A program made the position numbers and the translations under genes. The notes below the pieces were generated by a model. That model was given only the letters and a program-made list of their open reading frames with translations. It was not told the DNA's origin and made no database searches. A stretch of 64,000 nt of DNA from Acidobacteriota bacterium (lineage in GTDB: Bacteria > Acidobacteriota > UBA890 > WLXD01). The DNA lies in NCBI GenBank assembly GCA_963666055.2, contig CAXWPH010000012.1, forward strand, positions 320,001 through 384,000, in the 5' to 3' direction. Position 1 is the first letter of the stretch. The number at the start of each line of letters is the position of its first letter. Positions 1-9,004 of the stretch are shown here, piece after piece.

Positions 1-211
<211 letters not shown>

Positions 212-223
212 TCAGTGCCTGCG

Positions 224-529
224 TTAGCCGACTATGCCGAGAATCTCGTCCTCACGGACGATCAGGTGGTCGACCCCATCGAGCTTGATCTCCGTCCCCC
301 CATACTTGCCAACCAGCACCGTGTCGCCGGCCGAAACCGACATCTCGGCATTCGAGCCATCGTCCAGCCGCTTGCCCGGACCAACCGCCACCACCTCCGC
401 CTCCAGCGGCTTCTCCTTGGCCGTGTCGGGGATGATGATGCCGCCGCTAACCTCTTCGGCGGCGTCTAAACGACGCAGCAAAACCCGGTCGTACAGAGGG
501 CGCACGCCGACACTCTTCTTCTTCGCCAT
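224..529 (-). CDS. groES: Co-chaperonin GroES
   Basis: RPLYDRVLL...[13 protein letters not shown]...VGPG...[11 protein letters not shown]...REDEILGI. Confidence 0.97.
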   Translation of the reverse strand: MAKKKSVGVRPLYDRVLLRRLDAAEEVSGGIIIPDTAKEKPLEAEVVAVGPGKRLDDGSNAEMSVSAGDTVLVGKYGGTEIKLDGVDHLIVREDEILGIVG

Positions 530-634
530 TGACTATGAGCTCCTTGTGAAGTGGGTGTTCGCAGACGCTGCTGCTTGTCCATTCGTCTGCTGGCTGCGCG
601 TCCGCGCGGAATTAGCGCTTTGACCTGGACTCCG

Positions 635-661
635 CTAGCACTCTACTAAGGTGAGTGCCAA
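635..661. promoter_or_regulatory. CIRCE operator (HrcA binding site)
   Basis: CTAGCACTC-N9-GAGTGCCAA upstream of groES, near-match to TTAGCACTC-N9-GAGTGCTAA. Confidence 0.9.
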
Positions 662-746
662 TCCTACACATGATGCCCACTGGCGGCAAGCTCCTGACCG
701 GCCGTCACCAACCGTGTCGTGACGGTCAGCGCCGGCGCCCCTACCA

Positions 747-965
747 TCAGAGCAGGCCGTGCTGCCGGAGCTTGCGCCGTAGCGTATTGCGATGCACCTC
801 GAGCGCCTCGGCGGCCCGACTCTGGTTGCCGCCGCAGGCCGACAACACCTCGCTGAGGAATTGCCGCTCCAGCTGCTCGTGGGCCTCCTGAAGCCGGATT
901 CCCTTCTTCACCATGTCGCCGACGAGTTCCTGTAGGCGAACCTTCAGAGTGGGCTTGCGACTCAT
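747..965 (-). CDS. Small Fis-type (HTH_8) DNA-binding protein
   Basis: C-terminal GGNQSRAAEALEVHRNTLRRKL Fis helix-turn-helix. Confidence 0.85.
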   Translation of the reverse strand: MSRKPTLKVRLQELVGDMVKKGIRLQEAHEQLERQFLSEVLSACGGNQSRAAEALEVHRNTLRRKLRQHGLL

Positions 966-976
966 TCGCTGAACGC

Positions 977-1891
977 TCAGGAAAAGTCGGGCAACGCTGT
1001 GCCCGTAAGCACCTCGTACGCCTCGTGATACTTGGCCGACGTTTGTTGCACGATCTCGTCGGGCAGCACCGGGCCAGGGGGCATCTTGTCCCAGTCCAGA
1101 GTGGAAAGGTAATTGCGCACAAATTCCTTGTCATAGGACGGCGGGCTGGTTCCCGGCCGGTACTGGTCTGCCGGCCAGAAGCGCGACGAGTCCGGTGTAA
1201 ACAACTCGTCGATGAGGATCAGCTCGTCCCCGACCAGCCCGAACTCGAACTTCGTGTCGGCAATGATTATGCCGCGTGCCTCGGCGTATTCGGCGGCCTC
1301 GGAGTACAGGCGCAGCGACACTTCAGCCAGTCGCGCGGTCCACTCCGACCCAATCAGCTCCGCCATCTGCGCCACCGACACATTCTCGTCGTGGCCCGAG
1401 TCGGCTTTGGTGGAGGGCGTGAAGATGGGCTCGGACAGCCGCGCCGCTTGCTGCAGGCCAGGGGCCAACTCGATGCCACAGACCTGACCGGTGCGCTGGT
1501 AGTCGCGCCACCCCGATCCGATGAGATATCCGCGCACCACACACTCGACATCGAATCGCGCCGCGCGGCGTGCGTACATGCTACGCCCGGCGAGCTGTTC
1601 AGCGTATGGCTGCAGCAGGTCCGGAAACTCGTCCACATCGGCGCTGATCAGGTGGTTGTTAACCACGTGCTGCAAGCGGTCGAACCAGAAACACGACAGC
1701 TGAGTCAGCACCGTCCCCTTCGCCGGCACTCCTCCGGGCAGCACCACGTCGAAGGCGGAGATACGGTCGGTGGCCACAAGCAGTAGTTCATCGCCGACTC
1801 CGTACACGTCGCGCACCTTGCCGCGGTGGATCAGGTCGACATCGCCCAGCTCGGTTACCAGCAACGGTTGCGCGGTAGAAACGGTACTCAT
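977..1891 (-). CDS. purC: SAICAR synthetase
   Basis: GKVRDVY, ATDRISAFD, ECVVRGY, FTPSTKA, IADTKFEFG, DELFTPDSSRFW; start placed at MSTVSTAQ. Confidence 0.96.
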   Translation of the reverse strand: MSTVSTAQPLLVTELGDVDLIHRGKVRDVYGVGDELLLVATDRISAFDVVLPGGVPAKGTVLTQLSCFWFDRLQHVVNNHLISADVDEFPDLLQPYAEQLAGRSMYARRAARFDVECVVRGYLIGSGWRDYQRTGQVCGIELAPGLQQAARLSEPIFTPSTKADSGHDENVSVAQMAELIGSEWTARLAEVSLRLYSEAAEYAEARGIIIADTKFEFGLVGDELILIDELFTPDSSRFWPADQYRPGTSPPSYDKEFVRNYLSTLDWDKMPPGPVLPDEIVQQTSAKYHEAYEVLTGTALPDFS

Positions 1892-1923
1892 GTGCAGCGA
1901 CTCCGTACGCCGGTCACCCCGGC

Positions 1924-2325
1924 TCAATCCTGGACCGACCCCAGCAACGCGTCGGCGGCAGCAGCATCCGACACTTTGAAGACACCGATCGCGAGCCCGT
2001 CGTCCGGTGACGTCGAGGCATAGAAGTACTCGATGTTGATCTTGCTGTCCGAGAGCAGACGGGCGATCCTCGCCAGCTGCCCTGCGTGGCTCCCCAGGGT
2101 CACCACCAACACCTCGATGCTCGTGTGCGCCACGCCGCTGTCGCGGAACACCTCGCGCGCCCGCGGGACATCGTCTACGAGAAGCCGTACAGCGCCGTAT
2201 TCACCCGCTTCGGCCGTCGCCAATGCCAGGATGTTCACGTTCGCCGCTGCCAGCGCTTCACAAAAGTTCGCCAACTCGCCGGGCCGATTCTGCCACCCGA
2301 CGGTCAGTTGTCGTGCAACGGCCAT
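1924..2325 (-). CDS. Tandem ACT-domain protein
   Basis: QLTVGWQNRPGELANFCEALAAANVNI and GQLARIARLLSDSKINIEYFY are two ACT repeats. Confidence 0.85.
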   Translation of the reverse strand: MAVARQLTVGWQNRPGELANFCEALAAANVNILALATAEAGEYGAVRLLVDDVPRAREVFRDSGVAHTSIEVLVVTLGSHAGQLARIARLLSDSKINIEYFYASTSPDDGLAIGVFKVSDAAAADALLGSVQD

Positions 2326-2564
2326 GTGCGTCTCCCAGTGGGTGTGCCACAAGTTTCTTGGTGATGAGCGGTAGATACAGCGCTCGTCGATGGCGGTCAA
2401 GTGCGAGCGCGCAACTTGTAGCTGCTGCTGCCAAGAAAAAAGGGGCTCTCCGTTCGCCTGACAGACGGTCCCGGACCGATCGGGGAACGATACGGTTGCC
2501 GTCCTGCTACTGTCCAGAGTTCCGCCGTCCCGCTTCATCCGCTTCTCATCGCCCCGGCAGCCAC

Positions 2565-3371
2565 GTGACCCTTACTCGCGACCTCGCCCTCGCCGAGACA
2601 ATCGCGCGCGAGGCGTCCGAGATCCTGATGCGCTACTACCGAGGCGACTATCGGGTCGAGGCCAAGGCCGGTGGGGAGCCCGTTACCGAGGCCGACCGCG
2701 CCGCCAACGAGCACATTGTCGCTCGACTGCAGGAGCACTTCCCCGACGATGGCATTCTCGCCGAGGAATCTGCTGACCCGGCGGCGATCGTCGGCAAGCG
2801 GCGCGTTTGGATGGTGGACCCGATGGATGGCACCAAGGAGTTCACTCACCACCTAACCGAGTTCGCCGTGATGATCGGACTAGTGGTGGAGGGCACACCA
2901 GTGCTCGGCGTCGTCGCACAGCCCGCGGAGGAGATTGTTTACCGCGGCATCGTCGGCGAGGGGGCGGAACGCGTGCACCCGGATGGCGTCGATACGATGC
3001 GCGTCGGAACGACCAGCGAGCTCGCCGAGCTGACCTTGATCTGTAGTCGTTCGCACCTCCCCGAGATCGTCGAGCGCATGAAAGACGAGCTCGGCATCTC
3101 GCGCATGCTGCAGTCCGGCAGCGTCGGCCTGAAGATCGGCAAGATCGGTACCGGGGTTTGCGACCTCTATTTGCAGCCGGCATCCGGCACGAAGCTCTGG
3201 GACGCCTGCGCTCCGGAGGCGATTCTGCACGCCGCCGGTGGCCGCCTCACCGACTTCGACGGCCACCCGATCGACTATGACCCTCAGGACATCGTGAATC
3301 GCCGCGGCCTGCTGGGGAGCAACGGCACCCGCCACGACGACTTGGTGCAACGACTGCGCGGCTACTTCTAG
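2565..3371 (+). CDS. cysQ: 3'(2'),5'-bisphosphate nucleotidase CysQ (inositol monophosphatase family)
   Basis: PVTEAD, ILAEE, WMVDPMDGTKEF, CSRSH, GSVGLK, WDACAPEAIL; adjacent to sat/cysC. Confidence 0.85.
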   Translation: MTLTRDLALAETIAREASEILMRYYRGDYRVEAKAGGEPVTEADRAANEHIVARLQEHFPDDGILAEESADPAAIVGKRRVWMVDPMDGTKEFTHHLTEFAVMIGLVVEGTPVLGVVAQPAEEIVYRGIVGEGAERVHPDGVDTMRVGTTSELAELTLICSRSHLPEIVERMKDELGISRMLQSGSVGLKIGKIGTGVCDLYLQPASGTKLWDACAPEAILHAAGGRLTDFDGHPIDYDPQDIVNRRGLLGSNGTRHDDLVQRLRGYF

Positions 3372-3415
3372 CAGGGTGCTGAAGGAACTCCGGTGGGTCG
3401 GCGCGTGGGTCTGGC
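3368..3415 (+). repeat. Degenerate left-end remnant of the 271-bp MITE-like repeat
   Basis: CTAG-CAGGGTGCTGAA...GTGGGTCTGGC resembles CTAG-CAGGCCGTGCTGAAAGTGTGGTGGGTCTGGC; begins at the cysQ TAG stop. Confidence 0.5.
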
Positions 3416-3439
3416 TGGCCAGATCAAGGGCGATCGGAC

Positions 3440-3481
3440 TTGCATTAGGTTCTAATTGGGTTACGATTAGGACCCAATCAG
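3440..3481 (+). promoter_or_regulatory. Putative promoter with tandem 11-bp operator repeats
   Basis: AT-rich island: TTGCAT-N16-TACGAT overlapped by ATTAGGTTCTA/ATTGGGTTACG/ATTAGGACCCA and inverted repeat ATTGGGT-N10-ACCCAAT, just upstream of an RHH-like gene. Confidence 0.6.
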
Positions 3482-3512
3482 TGCCCTGCTACAGCTCATT
3501 CCGTCGCTGCCC

Positions 3513-3731
3513 ATGCCCGACCGTGTAAGCATCAAGATTCCCCGGCCGCTCTACAATCGGCTGCAGCGGGTCATCGACGGGTCGGGCTTCAGCTCGGCCA
3601 CCGACTTCATCGTCTACGTGCTTCGCGACCTGGTCGGGAGCCTGGAACCGGAGGCATCGTCGTCCTCCGATCTCAGCCAGGACGAGCTCGTGGCGATCCG
3701 CAAGAAGCTAGAAAACCTCGGATACCTCTAA
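3513..3731 (+). CDS. Small CopG/ribbon-helix-helix-like protein with C-terminal LxxLGYL tail
   Basis: VSIKIPRPLYNRLQRVIDGSGFSSATDFIVYVLRD is an RHH pattern; ends IRKKLENLGYL; stop overlaps sat start. Confidence 0.75.
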   Translation: MPDRVSIKIPRPLYNRLQRVIDGSGFSSATDFIVYVLRDLVGSLEPEASSSSDLSQDELVAIRKKLENLGYL

Positions 3732-4900
3732 TGATCAAAGCTCACGGCGGGCGCCTCATCGAGCGCTTCGCATCAGCAACCGGACACACCGAGTGGCTCG
3801 AGCGTATCGACAAGCTCCCTGCCGTCACCATGAACCGCCGAGAAACCTCCGATCTGGAGATGATCGCCACCGGTGCCCTGAGCCCGCTCGAGGGTTTCAT
3901 GGGGCGCGACGACTACGAGCACGTATGCGCCCACGGCCGCTTGCCCGGCGGCCTGCCGTGGACGATACCGATCACGCTGGCGGTCGATTCTTCGACCGCG
4001 GCCGCCGTCGGGATCGGCGACCCGGTGGCGCTCAAGGGGCCCGACGGCACGCTACACGGTGTGCTCGAGTTGGCCGACGTCTACCAGCCCGACAAAGATC
4101 GCGAGGCGCTCCAGGTACTGCTGACGAATGACGACGCGCACCCCGGAGTCGCATACTTACGGTCGACCGGCGACACCTACCTGGGCGGCAGGATCACGCT
4201 GCTCCAGCGCCCGCATCACGCCAGCTTCGAGAGCTCGCGGCTCGATCCGCGCGAAACCCGTGTGCTGTTCAAGGCCAAGGGCTGGAACAGCGTCGCCGCC
4301 TTCCAGACCCGAAACCCGATTCACCGCGCCCACGAGTACCTGCAGAAGTGTGCTCTCGAACTGGTCGACGCACTGTTGATTCATCCGATCATGGGCGAGA
4401 CCAAGTCGGACGATATCCCGGCCGACGTGCGGCTCGAGTGCTACCAAACGCTGCTGCACAACTACTACCCGAAGGCACGCGTTGCACTGTCGATTCTGCC
4501 GGCGGCGATGCGCTATGCCGGCCCTCTTGAGGCCATCTTCCACGCCATCGTAAGAAAGAATTACGGCTGCACGCACTTCATCGTCGGCCGTGACCACGCC
4601 GGCGTCGGCGGCTACTACGGCACCTACGATGCGCACACCATCTTCGAGAAATTCGAAGCGCTCGAGATCGGCATCACGCCGCTCTTCTTCGACCACGCTT
4701 TCTACTGCCACGCTTGCCAGAACATGGCGTCACAGAAGACGTGTCCGCACGACAAGGAACAGCACGTGTTCCTGAGCGGCACGAAAATCCGCGACATGCT
4801 GGCACGCGGTGAAGAGCTGCCAAAGGAATTTACCCGGCCCGAGGTAGCGGAGATCTTGCGTCGTCACTATCAGGGGTCGACTGCCGGCGCCGTGGTGTGA
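3731..4900 (+). CDS. sat: Sulfate adenylyltransferase (ATP sulfurylase, Sat type)
   Basis: LSPLEGFM, FQTRNPIHRAHEY, MRYAGP, HFIVGRDHAG, Zn motif CHAC-x8-CPH, SGTKIR. Confidence 0.96.
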   Translation: MIKAHGGRLIERFASATGHTEWLERIDKLPAVTMNRRETSDLEMIATGALSPLEGFMGRDDYEHVCAHGRLPGGLPWTIPITLAVDSSTAAAVGIGDPVALKGPDGTLHGVLELADVYQPDKDREALQVLLTNDDAHPGVAYLRSTGDTYLGGRITLLQRPHHASFESSRLDPRETRVLFKAKGWNSVAAFQTRNPIHRAHEYLQKCALELVDALLIHPIMGETKSDDIPADVRLECYQTLLHNYYPKARVALSILPAAMRYAGPLEAIFHAIVRKNYGCTHFIVGRDHAGVGGYYGTYDAHTIFEKFEALEIGITPLFFDHAFYCHACQNMASQKTCPHDKEQHVFLSGTKIRDMLARGEELPKEFTRPEVAEILRRHYQGSTAGAVV

Positions 4901-4975
4901 CCGGTCGGTGAGGATACTAGCGCCAGCGCGTCGGCAATCCGGCGCCGGCCGAGGCACCACAAGGAGTTTGCTCAG

Positions 4976-5575
4976 ATGAAGGGCTTCACGCTCTGGTTTA
5001 CAGGGCTTTCGGGCTCCGGCAAGTCGACGCTGGCCACGGCAGTCGAAGAGGTTCTCCTCGAACGCGGTCTGCGGGTCGAGATCCTCGACGGCGACGAGGT
5101 ACGGACGAACCTGTCCAAAGGACTCGGCTTCTCGAAGGAAGACCGCGACACCAACATCCGCCGTATCGGCTACGTCTGTAATCTGCTGAGCCGCAACGGC
5201 GTGGCGGCGGTCTCCGCGGCCATTTCTCCCTATCGAGAGATCCGCGACGAGTTACGCGGATCGATCGAGAACTTCGTCGAGGTCTACGCGCGCTGCAGTA
5301 TCGAAGAGCTCGCACGACGGGATCCGAAGGGGCTATACAAACGAGCCCTGGCAGGTGAAATCCCCAATTTCACAGGCGTTTCCGATCCCTACGAGGAACC
5401 GGTCAACCCCGAGGTCGTCTGCGATACGGAGAAGGAGACGCCGGAGGAGAGCCTGGAAAAGATCGTGCGAAGCCTCGAGCTCATGGGGTACATTCCGCCC
5501 GCCGAGGACCACCACACCAGTCCGGAACAAGAAGAGGCGATCCGCGCACGGCTAGAATCGCTCGGATACCTCTGA
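4976..5575 (+). CDS. cysC: Adenylyl-sulfate (APS) kinase with C-terminal LxxLGYL extension
   Basis: [53 protein letters not shown]; ends [11 protein letters not shown]. Confidence 0.96.
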   Translation: MKGFTLWFTGLSGSGKSTLATAVEEVLLERGLRVEILDGDEVRTNLSKGLGFSKEDRDTNIRRIGYVCNLLSRNGVAAVSAAISPYREIRDELRGSIENFVEVYARCSIEELARRDPKGLYKRALAGEIPNFTGVSDPYEEPVNPEVVCDTEKETPEESLEKIVRSLELMGYIPPAEDHHTSPEQEEAIRARLESLGYL

Positions 5576-5594
5576 TCGCTCGCCGGGGGCGCCA

Positions 5595-6887
5595 ATGTCG
5601 CGCAGCAAGCGACTCTGTCTGATCGGGCTCGACGGAGTACCGGAACAGCTGCTGCGACGCCTTGCCGACGACGGCGTCATGCCACGCTTGGCGGAGCGCA
5701 TCGCCGGCGCACACCTACGCTCGATGCGCGCCTCATTGCCGGAAATCTCCTCGGTGAGCTGGTCGAGCTTCATGACCGGGGCGGGTCCCAGCGAGCATGG
5801 GATCTACGGCTTCACCGATATCGAGCCTCAGAGCTACGGGCTCACGTTTCCGAGCTTTGCCGATGTGCGCATTCCAACCTTGTGGGACCGGCTCGGCCGC
5901 CGCGGCGTAACCTCGGTAGTGGTGAATCAGCCGGCAACCTATCCAGCTCGCTCGATTCCCGGCGTCATGGTCTCGGGCTTCGTTGCAGTGGATCTCACTC
6001 GCGCGGTCAAGCCACTACGGTGGCTGGGTCCGTTGCGACGCATGAACTACCGCATCGATATCGATACCGCACGCAGCCGCCAGGACCACGATTGGCTCAT
6101 GCGCGACCTGCGGCAGACGCTTCGAACAAGGCGCGAAGCGGTAATGCGGCTCTGGGACGAGGTCGATTGGCGCTTCCTGCAAGTCGTGGTTACCGGCACA
6201 GACCGCCTCTATCACTACCTCTGGGATGCGGTCGAGGACACGCGGCATCCGCGCCACCAGCAAACACTCGACTACCACCACGATGTGGACACCTTGGTGG
6301 GCGAGATATGGGACCGGTTCGCGGCCGAAGAGACCGATCCGGAGTCCTGCTTCTGGATGCTTTCGGACCACGGTTTCTGCGCCATTCGCCAGGAGGTGCA
6401 GCTGAACGCAGCTCTGAAGAACCTGGGCTATTTGACCCTCGGGGCCGAGGCGCCGGTAGATCTGACCTCACTCGAGCCAACGAGCCGAGCGTTCGCGCTG
6501 GATCCGGGGCGCATCTATCTGAATCGATCCGAACGGTTCGGGCGTGGCACCGTCGCCGAAAGCGATGCGCCGGCGCTCAAATCGGAGATCGCCAACGCGA
6601 TCAAAGAGCTGCGGTATGATGGGCAACGGGTCGTCCGCGAGGTGTTCGATGCTGCGGACATCTACGAACAGGGGCCTTGCTCCGCGCGCGGTCCCGACCT
6701 TGTCGCTCTCGCTTTCCCGGGGTTCGACCTCAAGGCGTCCCCGGCGGCGAGTGAGGTATTCGGACGCAGCGACCTCGTGGGTATGCACACGTACGACGAC
6801 GCCTTCCTCTTGACACCCCACCCCATCGAAGGCGACCTCTGGATCGGCGAGATCGCCGCGCATATTGAACAGGAGTACGACAAGTGA
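5595..6887 (+). CDS. AlkP-superfamily (phosphodiesterase/NPP-like) enzyme, predicted cytoplasmic
   Basis: IGLDG, PEISSVSWSSFMTG, TDRLYH, LSDHGF, GMH; no signal peptide. Confidence 0.85.
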   Translation: MSRSKRLCLIGLDGVPEQLLRRLADDGVMPRLAERIAGAHLRSMRASLPEISSVSWSSFMTGAGPSEHGIYGFTDIEPQSYGLTFPSFADVRIPTLWDRLGRRGVTSVVVNQPATYPARSIPGVMVSGFVAVDLTRAVKPLRWLGPLRRMNYRIDIDTARSRQDHDWLMRDLRQTLRTRREAVMRLWDEVDWRFLQVVVTGTDRLYHYLWDAVEDTRHPRHQQTLDYHHDVDTLVGEIWDRFAAEETDPESCFWMLSDHGFCAIRQEVQLNAALKNLGYLTLGAEAPVDLTSLEPTSRAFALDPGRIYLNRSERFGRGTVAESDAPALKSEIANAIKELRYDGQRVVREVFDAADIYEQGPCSARGPDLVALAFPGFDLKASPAASEVFGRSDLVGMHTYDDAFLLTPHPIEGDLWIGEIAAHIEQEYDK

Positions 6888-9004
6888 GCACGCCGTCCCG
6901 GTTCGTGTCGCGCCTCGTCCTGGCCGTGCTGGCCGTCCTGGCGTACCCGCATGTCGCCGATGCCTACGTTGGTCCCGGAGCCGGCTTCGCGTTTATCAGC
7001 AGCTTCCTGGTGCTGTTCTCGACCATTCTGGCAGTCATCGCCTCGTTGCTGATCTGGCCGTTCCGCACCTTGTGGCGGGCGATCACGCGCCGTACGAAGG
7101 TGGCGCCCAAGATCCGGCGCCTCATCGTCGTCGGGTTCGACGGACAGGATCCGCAGTTAACCGACCGCTTCATGGCCGAAGGCAAGCTGCCGAACTTCAA
7201 GAAGCTGGCCGACATGGGCTGCTACAAGCCATTGAAGACAACGTTCCCGTCGATCTCTCCGGTAGCCTGGTCGTCGTTCTCAACCGGCGCTCACCCTGCG
7301 CGGCACAACATCTACGACTTTCTTGACCGCGACCGCCGCACATATTTGCCGGTGTTGTCATCGACCAAGATCGGTTCGGTCGATCGATTCCTGAACCTGG
7401 GACCGTTTCGTATTCCGCTCGAAAAACCGGAGCTCCGACTGCTACGCAAGTCGAAGCCGTTCTGGAGCGTCCTCGGCGAGCACAATATTTGGAGCACCGT
7501 GCTTCGGGTGCCGATCACCTTCCCACCCGACCGGTTCTATGGCGCCCAGCTCTCGGCGATGTGCGTCCCGGACCTTCTCGGAACGCAGGGCACGTTCCTG
7601 CTCTTCACCACCCGGCCCGAGAGCACCAAGTTCAAAGAGGGCGGCCAGCGAGTGCCGGTAACCATGGAGGGCGACCGCGTCACGGGGACCTTGCTGGGAC
7701 CCGAGAATATCCTGCGCAAAGGCAGCCCACCGCTGGAGTTACCGATCGTCGCCGAGCTCGACCGTGGCGCCAGCCGCGCGCGTGTCGCTTTCGGTTCCGA
7801 GAGCGTTGACCTGACCCTCGGCGAGCTTTCCGACTGGGTACCGCTGACGTTTCCTGCGGCGCCCGGCATCAAGGTCCGCGGCATCGGGCGCGTCATGATG
7901 ACCGAGATGAACGGCGACTTCTCCATGTACATGACGCCCATAGCGCTCGACCCGGAGCGACCGGCGATGCCGATTTCCCACCCCAACTACTACTCCGTGT
8001 ACCTGTCGAAGATGCAGGGAAAGTACTCGACGCTAGGGCTTGCCGAAGATACTTGGGCACTGAACGAGAAGGTGATCGACGACCGCCACTTCAAGGAACT
8101 GACGTTCGACATCGACGACGAGCGCAAGGACATGTTTTTCGCCGCGATGGAGCGGTTGCGCCGCGGCTGCTTGGTGTGCGTGTTCGACGCCACCGACCGC
8201 ATCCAGCACATGTTCTGGCGCTACATCGACGAGGGACATCCGGCCGACGATGGCAGCCAGGACGACTGTCGCGACACCATCGAGGAGCTCTACGTACGCA
8301 ACGACAAGCTCGTCGGTGAGGTGTTGGAGAGAGTCACCGAGGATGACCTGCTGATGGTGCTATCAGACCACGGCTTTACCTCATTCCGCCGTGGCCTGAA
8401 CCTCAATCGGTGGCTCCTCGACAACGGCTACCTCGCTCTCAAGGACGGCGCCGACGGCACCACCGAGTGGCTCCGCGCAGTCGACTGGTCGCGTACCAAA
8501 GCCTACTGTCTCGGGCTGTCGGGCATGTTCTTCAACATCAAGGGCCGCGAGTCGCAGGGCATCGTCGAACGCTCTGAAGTCGATTCCCTGAAAGCGGAGA
8601 TCGGCGCCAAGCTCAAAGGGCTGCGCGACGAGGAGAACAACGAGGTGGCCATCGTCGAGGCGTTCGATACCGCCCAGCTTTACCGGGGTCCGTATCTCGA
8701 GAACGCTCCCGAATTCATCATCGGATACAACCGCGGCTACCGTACTTCCTGGGATTGCGCCACCGGCGTAGTCGATGCGCCGCTATTCGAAGACAACGTG
8801 AAGGCGTGGAGTGGCGACCACTGCGTCGACCCACGGCTCGTTCCGGGAGTGTTGTTCTGTAATCGCGCCATCGACGTCGACGATCCTGCGCTCATCGACA
8901 TCGCCCCAACGGCGCTACAGCAGTTCGGTGTCCCGACTCCCAAGTACATGGACGGCCGACCGCTCTTCAAAGAGGGCGCCGAGGCCGATTCGGCTGGGTC
9001 TTGA
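6884..9004 (+). CDS. AlkP-superfamily enzyme with N-terminal signal-like segment and transmembrane anchor
   Basis: HVADA-YVGPGAG then hydrophobic helix and basic patch; VGFDG, PSISPVAWSSFSTG, TDRIQH, LSDHGF, WSGDH. Confidence 0.85.
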   Translation: MSTPSRFVSRLVLAVLAVLAYPHVADAYVGPGAGFAFISSFLVLFSTILAVIASLLIWPFRTLWRAITRRTKVAPKIRRLIVVGFDGQDPQLTDRFMAEGKLPNFKKLADMGCYKPLKTTFPSISPVAWSSFSTGAHPARHNIYDFLDRDRRTYLPVLSSTKIGSVDRFLNLGPFRIPLEKPELRLLRKSKPFWSVLGEHNIWSTVLRVPITFPPDRFYGAQLSAMCVPDLLGTQGTFLLFTTRPESTKFKEGGQRVPVTMEGDRVTGTLLGPENILRKGSPPLELPIVAELDRGASRARVAFGSESVDLTLGELSDWVPLTFPAAPGIKVRGIGRVMMTEMNGDFSMYMTPIALDPERPAMPISHPNYYSVYLSKMQGKYSTLGLAEDTWALNEKVIDDRHFKELTFDIDDERKDMFFAAMERLRRGCLVCVFDATDRIQHMFWRYIDEGHPADDGSQDDCRDTIEELYVRNDKLVGEVLERVTEDDLLMVLSDHGFTSFRRGLNLNRWLLDNGYLALKDGADGTTEWLRAVDWSRTKAYCLGLSGMFFNIKGRESQGIVERSEVDSLKAEIGAKLKGLRDEENNEVAIVEAFDTAQLYRGPYLENAPEFIIGYNRGYRTSWDCATGVVDAPLFEDNVKAWSGDHCVDPRLVPGVLFCNRAIDVDDPALIDIAPTALQQFGVPTPKYMDGRPLFKEGAEADSAGS

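Noticed and set aside
2565-3371. IMPase-family gene as the missing histidinol-phosphatase HisN
   Set aside because: DGTKEF and SRSH motifs and adjacency to sat/cysC fit CysQ.
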